A DNA stretch of 32,000 nucleotides from Planctopirus limnophila DSM 3776 (GTDB lineage: Bacteria > Planctomycetota > Planctomycetia > Planctomycetales > Planctomycetaceae), in the NCBI RefSeq assembly GCF_000092105.1, contig NC_014148.1, positions 780,001-812,000 of the forward strand. The letters run 5' to 3'. The translations under genes were made by a program, and so were the position numbers. Positions 1-7,137 of the stretch are shown piece after piece (position 1 is the first letter of the stretch; each line of letters starts with the position of its first letter). The notes beneath the pieces are model-generated. The model made no database searches. It had not been told where the DNA came from and was given only the letters and a program-made list of their open reading frames with translations.

Positions 1-326
1 AGGTGTTCGGTTCCCACATAGTTATGGTTGAGGTTGCGCGCCTCTTCCATGGCGTACTCGATGACCTTTTTGGCACGAGGTGTCTGGGGAAGCTTCCCCA
101 TGGTGACGAGTTCTGGGCCGCTTTGGACGATCTTTTCAACTTCGAGCCGAATCTTGCGAAGATCGACATCGAGATTTTTCAGAACGTTTGCCGCAACACC
201 CGACCCTTCCTTGACCAAGCCGAGAAGGATGTGTTCAGTCCCGATGTATTCGTGATTGAACCGCTGAGCTTCCTGATTGGCAAGCTGCATGACTTTTCGA
301 GCGCGATCCGTAAAACGTTCGTACAC
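1..326 (-). CDS. clpC: ClpC-type AAA+ chaperone, N-terminal Clp_N (Clp R) domain only; the gene continues past the left edge
   Basis: Absent from the ORF track because it has no stop in the window. Reverse-strand translation from GTG (326-324) gives MYERFTDRARKVMQLANQEAQRFNHEYIGTEHILLGLVKEGSGVAANVLKNLDVDLRKIRLEVEKIVQSGPELVTMGKLPQTPRAKKVIEYAMEEARNLNHNYVGTEHL, the textbook ClpC N-domain double repeat. GGAG lies 7 nt upstream of the GTG. The listed + ORF 3..485 is its antisense shadow. Confidence 0.85.
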   Translation of the reverse strand, partial: MYERFTDRARKVMQLANQEAQRFNHEYIGTEHILLGLVKEGSGVAANVLKNLDVDLRKIRLEVEKIVQSGPELVTMGKLPQTPRAKKVIEYAMEEARNLNHNYVGTEH

Positions 327-628
327 AGCGATTCTCCGATAGTGGAGGGTAGGTCTCCAGTGTCACGTGGCCAGAGCTGGCAACCTGCAAGTCGCCTGCG
401 AATGCAGGCTGGCAGACAAGTTATACCTTTTTCTGCGACCACTCATAACGATTCCATTAATAATTCAGCAGTTTGCATGCCATGAATCGTGGTTGGGAGT
501 CGTTCTGACGTGTTTTTGATTCTAGTGGTGGCCAGTGAGTCAGACAAGCTAGACCTTGCCGGTTGTTGAACGACGGAAGTGTAATGCCGATTTTGATATA
601 AGACTGTTTTCGGCTGGGTGTGCACTGA

Positions 629-2350
629 TTGCTCGGGAGAGTCTTCGCCTGGATTTGCAGAAACGATTCTCCTCCTCTGAAAAATTGTTTCGACAATTCC
701 CGAATTCCAAATGTCCAAACCGAAGGGTTTCTGCCTGCCATGGAACACTTTCTGACAGCCGCTGCCCTGCGTGTCATCGAAGCGGCTCGCGGTCTGACTG
801 ATGCAACGGTTATGGCTCCTGTGATGCCTGAGGTCTTTTCGCCACATGCCTCAGCGACCCGGTTAAACTCAATGGCCCGGTTAAACAGTGACCAGGTGGT
901 GGAAGCGGCTTTGTTCTGGGCACTTCTGGAAGAAGAATCCGTCGCCCATCTGAGGATGATCGAACAGGGGCTTGAAATTGATGACCTGCGTCAACGCATG
1001 GAGCGTTTTCTCCCCAGCATGTCGAGTTCCGTCGGCGATGAAACAGATCTGCAGTCGTCGCTCTCGACCGCTTTCGACCGCATGATCCGCCAGGCCCGCC
1101 ACGAGGCGCACAAAGTTTCGCGATCAGAAGTGGGGACTGAACATCTGCTGAGAGCACTGTTTGAAGCGAATGGCTGGCTGACGGCGTGGCTGGCTCAAGA
1201 ACAGATCGCACTGGCGAAACCTGTCGAGGAAATCTCGGGCCCCGCCACTTCTGCCAGCGGGCCACCTCTTGAGCACGAACAAATTTTATTGCCTGAAACC
1301 GCACCGCCTGAAAATCTGACAGCGGTTTACCGTCTGCTCGATGCTTCCGGCAATCGAGCTCGTGAGGGATTGCGTGTCATTGAAGATGCCGTCCGCATGG
1401 TGCGCAACGATGGCTGGTTCTCTCGTGAACTCAAAGAACTCCGGCATCGGCTGACCACAGCTTTACGCATGCTCCCCGAAGAGGCTCTCCTCGCCAGTCG
1501 AGATACCCCCAATGATGTCGGCACACAGATCACGACCATGTCCGAAACCATGCGGGGTTCTGCCAACGATGTGATTGCGGCTGCTTTCAAACGTTTGCAG
1601 GAATCGCTGCGGTCGCTCGAAGAATACGGCAAGATCATCAATGGTTACTTTGCTTCGCGGATCGAAGCGATTCGCTATCAGTCATACACACTCGAAAAAG
1701 CAGTGCGAATCGGGCAGTTCTCCCAGAAAACGCTTGAAGGTCGCGTGCTTTATTTATTGCTGACCGAAAAGCTGTGCCATCGCCCGGTGGGACAAACTTT
1801 ACGGGAAGCATTGCGTGCCGGTGTGGGAATTGTGCAGATCCGTGAGAAATCGATGTCGGATCGCCGCCTCCTCGATCACACTCGTCTCGTGCTGGATCTG
1901 GCCCATGAATACGATGCCCTTGTGATCATGAATGATCGTCCTGACCTGGCCGCTCTGACTCAAGCCGATGGGATCCACGTCGGGCAGGAAGAGTTGACCA
2001 TAGCACAGGTCCGCCAGATTACGGGGCCGAGGCCACTGGTGGGATTATCGACACATTCTCTCCAGCAGGCAGAAGCAGCAGTGATCGAAGGAGCAAGCTA
2101 CATTGGCGTGGGCCCGACGTTTCCGACGACGACCAAAGAGTTTGCCGAGTATGCGGGGCTGGAATATGTGCGTGAAGTGGCCCGGGAAATCGCACTCCCG
2201 GCGTATGCCATTGGCGGTATCACCACTGAAAATGCTGCCGATGTAGTCGCCGCCGGTGCCACCCGCCTCGCCGTCTCCAGCGCCATCTGCTCAGCCAATG
2301 AACCCTACGATGCAGCACGCCATTTGATGGAGATTTTGAATGGTGCATAG
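629..2350 (+). CDS. thiE: Thiamine-phosphate synthase (ThiE) fused to a ThiD2-like middle domain and a Clp_N-like N-terminal domain
   Basis: The C-terminal ~205 aa (about 1739-2347) carry ThiE/TMP-TENI motifs: GVGIVQIREK, MNDRPDLA, DGIHVGQEE, GLSTHS, YIGVGPTFPTTTK, AIGGIT. The middle ~140 aa (about 1301-1724; LDASGNRAREGLRVIEDAVR, SRDTPNDVGT, FKRLQESLRSLEEYGK, IRYQSYTLEK) resemble the ThiD2-type domain that precedes ThiE in cyanobacteria. The N-terminal part (FLTAAALRVIEAARGL ... SEVGTEHLLRALFEANGWL) resembles a Clp_N repeat pair. The start is uncertain; ATG at 740 (MEHFLTAAAL) is more plausible than 629. Confidence 0.85.
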   Translation: MLGRVFAWICRNDSPPLKNCFDNSRIPNVQTEGFLPAMEHFLTAAALRVIEAARGLTDATVMAPVMPEVFSPHASATRLNSMARLNSDQVVEAALFWALLEEESVAHLRMIEQGLEIDDLRQRMERFLPSMSSSVGDETDLQSSLSTAFDRMIRQARHEAHKVSRSEVGTEHLLRALFEANGWLTAWLAQEQIALAKPVEEISGPATSASGPPLEHEQILLPETAPPENLTAVYRLLDASGNRAREGLRVIEDAVRMVRNDGWFSRELKELRHRLTTALRMLPEEALLASRDTPNDVGTQITTMSETMRGSANDVIAAAFKRLQESLRSLEEYGKIINGYFASRIEAIRYQSYTLEKAVRIGQFSQKTLEGRVLYLLLTEKLCHRPVGQTLREALRAGVGIVQIREKSMSDRRLLDHTRLVLDLAHEYDALVIMNDRPDLAALTQADGIHVGQEELTIAQVRQITGPRPLVGLSTHSLQQAEAAVIEGASYIGVGPTFPTTTKEFAEYAGLEYVREVAREIALPAYAIGGITTENAADVVAAGATRLAVSSAICSANEPYDAARHLMEILNGA

Positions 2351-2449
2351 GCTCGAAATTAGTCATTCTAATGGAGAGGTTCATCGCACTTGAGATGATT
2401 GCGGTGTCGCATCGCTTGATTTGTATCACTTCGATATGGCTTCATTGCG

Positions 2450-3160
2450 ATGATCTTTGACATGAAATGTTCTAACGCTAACAAGCCACCAGATGGAGTT
2501 CATTTCCTTTCGGAATTCGGTGGTCGAATATCTGTTCGTCGGCAGGAGGATTTGACGGTGGGAATGGATTTCGTTGCCCTCATGCGCTACAGCCGTTCCC
2601 GCGAGGTGGTTCGGGCGATTAACGGTCTAGAAAACCAGACTGTCCCACTCTCAGCCGAGGTGAGGTCGCTTTGGCGGGAGTACGAATTTTCCGAGTCCGA
2701 CTGGGGCCGGGCGTGCTGGGTGGCCCACGACAACGGCCGGCAGGTCAAACGGCCCCGCGGCCCAGATTTGTCGGTGGCCCTGCGGACGGTCGACGGCTTC
2801 TTTCTCACATTCGGTCAGGGAGTGTGCTGCGTCTATCATCTGCTCCGGTGGCGGTTCTTCCTCACCGAGCCCCGGTGGCAGGCCACTATGCTCGGTGCAT
2901 GCGAGTCGCTGGCCGATCTCGTGCAGTCGCAGGACGTGGCAGTGATGAGCGACTTTCACCCGTCGTATGCGGCGTTCTTCGATGGGGCCGGGTTCGACGC
3001 CTGTCTGTCGGCTGCTGTCGGCCAGGAAGCGGAGGTCGGTATGATCCACGAACTGTTTGAAAAGGTGGAACCGCACTCCTGGGATTCGCACGGGTTCTGG
3101 CGGCTGCGATCTTCAGAGCCCAATCGCTCCAAACCAAGCGCTGGTGAACATGGGCTTTAG
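2450..3160 (+). CDS. Hypothetical protein (orphan, GC-rich)
   Basis: This is the longest ORF in a stop-poor, GC-rich patch and runs in the same direction as thiE and the SGNH gene. I recognise no motif in it. The start is uncertain (ATG 2450, 2462 or 2564). Coding status rests only on length and orientation. Confidence 0.4.
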   Translation: MIFDMKCSNANKPPDGVHFLSEFGGRISVRRQEDLTVGMDFVALMRYSRSREVVRAINGLENQTVPLSAEVRSLWREYEFSESDWGRACWVAHDNGRQVKRPRGPDLSVALRTVDGFFLTFGQGVCCVYHLLRWRFFLTEPRWQATMLGACESLADLVQSQDVAVMSDFHPSYAAFFDGAGFDACLSAAVGQEAEVGMIHELFEKVEPHSWDSHGFWRLRSSEPNRSKPSAGEHGL

Positions 3161-3438
3161 GCTGTGTCATAATACCACAAACAACAGACCCGACAGGATG
3201 GCCCAGACGTGGCTTTGAATGTCTGGGTGGCGAATGCCTTAAGAAGCAATTGGGAAAACATGGCGAGTCCGGCAAGGCGGAGGTCGCCCTGGTGGAATTC
3301 GCAGTTTCAGCCGGAAGTGTGCTGCCCATGGAATCAGGATCAGATCAACGCCAAAATGAATGGGTCGTCGATATTCAGCGATGAGTTGAAGTGCGATTGA
3401 TGGGCTGATGAGAGACTGACGAGATTGCGGGGGGCATC

Positions 3439-4380
3439 ATGAACGGGCTGGTGTACCATGTGGTGAGCGGGCAGGCCTTCTTTTCTGGAATGGTCTTATT
3501 ACTTGCCAGCCTCGCACTCGCACAGGCATCTCGCAAAGCCTGGAAGCGATGGTGGGGGCTGGCGTTTGTGCTGGGGCTGATTCTGGTCGCTGCATCGTCG
3601 ATTGCGATTCCCCTCTGGCTGCTGGTGATCGCGGGGATGGCCACACTGGTCTGGCTGTATTGGCTTCTGCGGGCTGACACATCCCGGCAGAGAGTCGCTG
3701 CTATAATTGCCGCTGTCTTCTGGTTGGCTGTTGCGATCGGAGAGTTGCCGTATCTGTTGATTCCGACACTTCAGCCTGTGGCAAATCGCGGCCTGGCGGT
3801 GATTGGAGATTCCGTCACTGCGGGGATGGGTGGTGAAGATCGATCCGAGACGTGGCCGGCGATCATCGCCAGAAAACATCAACTGCAGGTCCAGGATCTC
3901 TCGCATGTCGGCGAGACAGCGGGGTCGGCACTCAAACGGATCCAGAACTTGGAGATTCAGGCTCCAGTGGTGATGGTCGAGATCGGGGGCAACGACATCC
4001 TCGGCTCCACCAGTTCACAGCAATTCGCAACAGATCTGGATGCGCTGCTCAACGGGCTGAGTGCACCCGGGCGGCAGATCGTGATGTACGAATTGCCTTT
4101 GCCGCCGTTCTATCATGAATTTGGACGCATTCAGCGAAGGCTGGCACACAAGTACCGTGTCCATTTGATTCCACGGAGAATATTCCTGTCGCTGCTCGCA
4201 GATCAGGGGGCCACACTGGATGGCATCCACCTTTCGCAGGCGGGGCATCAACAGATGGCCGAAAGCGTGTGGCAACTGGTGCAGACTGCATACGTCAATG
4301 CAACCAGCGAATCACCAGCTGAGAAACCAGCGATCGATAACACAGAGAAATTGCCCGATGAGGATTCGAACCTCAACTAA
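3439..4380 (+). CDS. Membrane-anchored SGNH/GDSL-family hydrolase
   Basis: The N-terminal ~95 aa are hydrophobic helices (FFSGMVLLLASLALA; WWGLAFVLGLILVAASSIAIPLWLLVIAGMATLVWLYWLL; AAIIAAVFWLAVAIG). The SGNH blocks follow: I VIGDSVTAG, III EIGGNDIL, V DGIHLSQAGH. The last 30 nt overlap tRNA-Gln on the opposite strand. Confidence 0.8.
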   Translation: MNGLVYHVVSGQAFFSGMVLLLASLALAQASRKAWKRWWGLAFVLGLILVAASSIAIPLWLLVIAGMATLVWLYWLLRADTSRQRVAAIIAAVFWLAVAIGELPYLLIPTLQPVANRGLAVIGDSVTAGMGGEDRSETWPAIIARKHQLQVQDLSHVGETAGSALKRIQNLEIQAPVVMVEIGGNDILGSTSSQQFATDLDALLNGLSAPGRQIVMYELPLPPFYHEFGRIQRRLAHKYRVHLIPRRIFLSLLADQGATLDGIHLSQAGHQQMAESVWQLVQTAYVNATSESPAEKPAIDNTEKLPDEDSNLN

Positions 4381-4421
4381 GTGATCCAGAGTCACTCGTG
4401 CTACCATTACACCATCAGGCA
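4351..4421 (-). tRNA. tRNA-Gln (anticodon CUG)
   Basis: The reverse strand reads UGCCUGA-UG-GUGU-AAUGGUA-GCAC-G-AGUGA-CU[CUG]GA-UCACU-UAGU-UGAGG-UUCGAAU-CCUCA-UCGGGCA plus discriminator A. It folds with a 7-bp acceptor stem with U1-A72 (a bacterial tRNA-Gln hallmark), a 4-bp D stem, a 5-bp anticodon stem and a GGUUCGAAUCC T arm. CCA is not encoded. Confidence 0.85.
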
Positions 4422-5035
4422 GTGGCGGAGTTCGCCAGGTGAGGAGTCGGTTTGCAGTTTCAGGTGTCTTCTGAACTTTCAAAAAACATCTTTTTGACGT
4501 GCAAATTGCCGCCTCGACTTAAGTGAGTATAGCCACGGATGGCGAACAGCTAAAGTCAAACTGGGCGATTTTCTTGTTCAGGCTGGGCCGAATCTTGGGG
4601 ATCGAATTTTATCTGCCCGGTCGTCCTTTACACTCTCGATGAAACCTGGGGCGAACCAAAAATTGAAGCCTCAGGGCTGTGTCCTCAGAAATTCGGGCGA
4701 GAGATTGTCAAAACGACAAGATTCTTCGTGAGTTCCACGGGTCGGCATCGATCTTTCATTGGTAGTCAGCCATCTCAATCGTTGGAAGATCGATGTTCGA
4801 TGACGACCACTGGAGCAAAGTGGGAGTACGGGTGGTTCTCCCCAGATTTTCAGGGTTGAGAAGATCAACCAGCCGGGATTTATCACTCTGAACCTTCTCT
4901 GCGGATTTCGAATCCGGCCGAGGTTTTGAAAAAAATACACGACAATTCGGCAAACGTTGCAAGTTTTTCAACAAGATATGTCAAGGCGGGTAGTCTGGGG
5001 TGTTTTTGTTGTCAGCTTTGCAACGAATCAAGTTT

Positions 5036-5051
5036 TGGCACGGGTTCTGCT
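5036..5051 (+). promoter_or_regulatory. Sigma-54 (-24/-12)-like promoter
   Basis: TGGCACGGGTTCTGCT matches TGGCAC-N5-yTGC, with GG and GC at the canonical spacing. It lies in an ORF-poor region, about 165 nt upstream of a + strand terminator-like hairpin. This is a single sequence match with no experimental support. Confidence 0.3.
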
Positions 5052-5214
5052 TAAGTAATTCTTTCGCTGCGGGCTGTGGGGACGGCTTGCAACACGAACG
5101 GTAGAGACAGGCCACGAATCGCTGAGACCAACGGCTCAGCAACGTCTTCGGACAATTCGAGTGCCATGGGAAAGAGGGACGATCAGCGGCTAATGGCCAA
5201 TGATCGGAAATCGC

Positions 5215-5260
5215 AAGGCCGTCGTCAGCCAGGGGGGCTCACGACGGCCTTGATGTTTTC
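5215..5260 (+). terminator. Intrinsic terminator-like hairpin (+ strand)
   Basis: AAGGCCGTCGT (5215-5225) pairs with ACGACGGCCTT (5241-5251), an 11-bp perfect stem with a 15-nt loop, followed by GATGTTTTC. No annotated + strand gene lies upstream. Confidence 0.4.
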
Positions 5261-5323
5261 TATGACAGGTTTTTGTCAGATTACGCTGATGCTTTTCCCA
5301 GCAACCGACACAGCTGCGTTAGT

Positions 5324-5358
5324 TGCAAAAGCATGCTTGCCCAGAGCTTCAAGCATGG
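5324..5358 (-). terminator. Intrinsic terminator of the Gly-rich protein gene; member of a repeated hairpin family
   Basis: The reverse strand reads CATGCTTG-aagctctggg-CAAGCATG followed by CTTTTGC, about 50 nt downstream of the stop at 5409. The near-identical sequence recurs at 9791-9823. Confidence 0.6.
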
Positions 5359-5408
5359 CACGCGACACACTTCTGAAGAAAACCTGTCAGCCGATAGAAC
5401 TCTCTTGG

Positions 5409-7055
5409 TTAGGGATTTGAGTTTCCGGGAGAGATCTGCACACCATTGGAACTGGCGTCACTTGTCGCATTGGGATTGCCAGCAGCATCCCCCTGAGGTT
5501 TCTTCAGCCGAACCAGAAGGCACTGTTCGGTCTTGTCTTTGCCAAGATGAACCAGAGCCGGTGCTTCGTCTTTGGTGAGGTTGTAAAGTCCGGTTTCGTA
5601 CACTGTGCTGGTATCCGAACCGACGGTAAACGCCACCTTCTGGGTCTGCATATCGACAGCGCCAGAAATAGGGAGCGTTTTGTTCGTGCTGGAATCAACC
5701 CAGTTACCGCGAATAATGCCGGCTTTGTTCACAGCCAGTTGAACTGAAGTTGTCGAATTGGTCTGCCCACTCATCGAGAGCAAAAAGACACCCAGAGGAA
5801 GCCAATCGCCCTGATTCGTCACGGGAAGCTGACTGCCTGTATTGGCGAGGTTCGAGGCCTGATTGTAGTAATCAGCCGACGTTCCCATATCCTGGTTATT
5901 CACATAGACCTGTCCACCCTGGTAGACAACGTTGTTGCCATAATCGTAGTAGACGGGTGGAACATCGTAGAACCCGCAATAAGGAGCTGCCAAGCCCCAG
6001 GTGGCAGTACTCCAGGCGGCACCAGCGGCCCAACCTGCGGCTGCCCAGGCTCCCGGATGAGCGCCGTACCAGCCAGAGCCGTAATAGTTGTAGTTGTTGA
6101 AACTGTTACGGCATCCATAGGCGGTGGTATACCGTCCAGTGGGCGACATGGGCGTGTAGCCTGAAACAAAGCGGCCAGCGGCGACACCATCGGGCCCTGC
6201 AACAACCCCGCGACCGGCTACTGTTCCATTGGGCCCGCGAACGGCATCGCCAGCCGCTACGGTGCCGTTAGGCCCGACAGCAACTCCGCGAGCTGCTTCA
6301 GTACCGCCCGGCCCTCGGACCGCACCACCCGCAGCGACGCCACCATTCGGTCCAACGGCAATTCCCTGGGCTGCTGCACCTCCATTGGCACCTTCAACAC
6401 CACGGCCAGCGGCAACTCCACCATTGGGGCCTTCAACAGCTCCACGGCCGTAAGTGTTACCGCCCGGCCCAGTGACAGTGGTGCCACTGGCAGTGGTACC
6501 ACGTGGCCCTTCATACGATGCATGATTGACGTCGGCATTGCTGCCGAAACCACCAGAGGAACTGAGTCCATGCATCCCTTCATCGGAAGGGAGTCCGAGA
6601 AAACTGTTCAAAGAACTCCGGGAAGGAGCGCTGCCGTAGCCTCCCAGATCGCCCCGGTTGAAGGAATCGCCGCCAAAGTTTCCACGATCGAAACTTCCAC
6701 CGCCGAGACCTTGGCCACCCACGTTTCCACGATCGAAACTTCCACCGCCCAGACCCTGGCTGCCCATGCCTCCACGGTCAAAGCCACCAGCACCGCCAAA
6801 ACTTCCACTTCCGCCGCCACCGAAGCTGCCGCGATCAAAACTACCTCCGCCGCCAAAACTTCCGCCACCACTGCCTCGATCAAAGCCGCCGCCACCACCG
6901 CCTCGATCAAAGCCGCCGCCACCACCACCGCCAAACCCTCCGCCGCCGCGGAATCCACCACCACCGCCGCCACCAAAGCCACGTGCGTGGCATTCATCCG
7001 CGACCGTCGCGCCAACTACGGCTGCGACGAGACAAACCCAACTGTATCGAATCAT
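5409..7055 (-). CDS. Secreted Gly/Arg/Phe-rich repeat protein with a conserved C-terminal globular domain of unknown function
   Basis: AAGGAA RBS lies before the ATG. The signal-peptide-like N-terminus is MIRYSWVCLVAAVVGATVADECHA. Residues 25-141 are (G)nF(D/N)RG low complexity. Residues ~195-295 are about eight 13-residue GPNG(G/T)VAAG-type repeats. A W/Y/G/A-rich segment follows, then a non-repetitive C-terminal ~200 aa (VYYDYGNNVVYQGGQVYVNNQ ... WLPLGVFLL ... QLAVNKAGIIRGNWVD ... AVDMQTQKVAFTVG). Confidence 0.8.
   Translation of the reverse strand: MIRYSWVCLVAAVVGATVADECHARGFGGGGGGGFRGGGGFGGGGGGGFDRGGGGGGFDRGSGGGSFGGGGSFDRGSFGGGGSGSFGGAGGFDRGGMGSQGLGGGSFDRGNVGGQGLGGGSFDRGNFGGDSFNRGDLGGYGSAPSRSSLNSFLGLPSDEGMHGLSSSGGFGSNADVNHASYEGPRGTTASGTTVTGPGGNTYGRGAVEGPNGGVAAGRGVEGANGGAAAQGIAVGPNGGVAAGGAVRGPGGTEAARGVAVGPNGTVAAGDAVRGPNGTVAGRGVVAGPDGVAAGRFVSGYTPMSPTGRYTTAYGCRNSFNNYNYYGSGWYGAHPGAWAAAGWAAGAAWSTATWGLAAPYCGFYDVPPVYYDYGNNVVYQGGQVYVNNQDMGTSADYYNQASNLANTGSQLPVTNQGDWLPLGVFLLSMSGQTNSTTSVQLAVNKAGIIRGNWVDSSTNKTLPISGAVDMQTQKVAFTVGSDTSTVYETGLYNLTKDEAPALVHLGKDKTEQCLLVRLKKPQGDAAGNPNATSDASSNGVQISPGNSNP
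6678..6767 (-). repeat. 45-bp tandem duplication inside the Gly-rich CDS
   Basis: GTTTCCACGATCGAAACTTCCACCGCC... starts at both 6678 and 6723 (period 45). Each copy encodes GGQGLGGGSFDRGN on the reverse strand. A further 27-bp duplication, CCTCGATCAAAGCCGCCGCCACCACC, lies around 6875-6930. Confidence 0.8.
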
Positions 7056-7137
7056 GTTAAGTTCCTTGAATCAGGCTTTTTGCCTGGAGATAAGCTATCG
7101 GTACTATTCAGATCTGGTTCAAAAGTCACTCGAATGT

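Noticed and set aside
3-485. 160-aa + strand ORF at the left edge
   Set aside because: It is the antisense shadow of the clpC N-terminal coding region, whose reverse-strand translation is an unmistakable ClpC N-domain. The + strand product has no recognisable features.
486-739. Possible TPP (THI-box) riboswitch upstream of thiE
   Set aside because: I looked for the conserved CUGAGA and ACCUGAUCUGGAUAAUGCCAGCG-type cores on the + strand and found neither. The region is better explained as the clpC/thiE divergent promoter.
2450-4421. Genomic island integrated at the 3' end of tRNA-Gln
   Set aside because: There is no integrase, no direct repeat of the tRNA 3' segment and no mobility genes. 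Only the compositional anomaly of one ORF points that way.
4890-4935. tRNA-like palindrome CGGATTTCGAATCCG, possibly a tRNA fragment or att-site remnant
   Set aside because: Neither strand can be extended into acceptor, D or anticodon arms, and it does not match the 3' end of the adjacent tRNA-Gln.
5076-5420. 114-aa + strand ORF in the ORF-poor region
   Set aside because: It runs through two terminator hairpins and into the 3' end of the convergent Gly-rich gene, has a Ser/Arg/Thr-biased composition and has no RBS.
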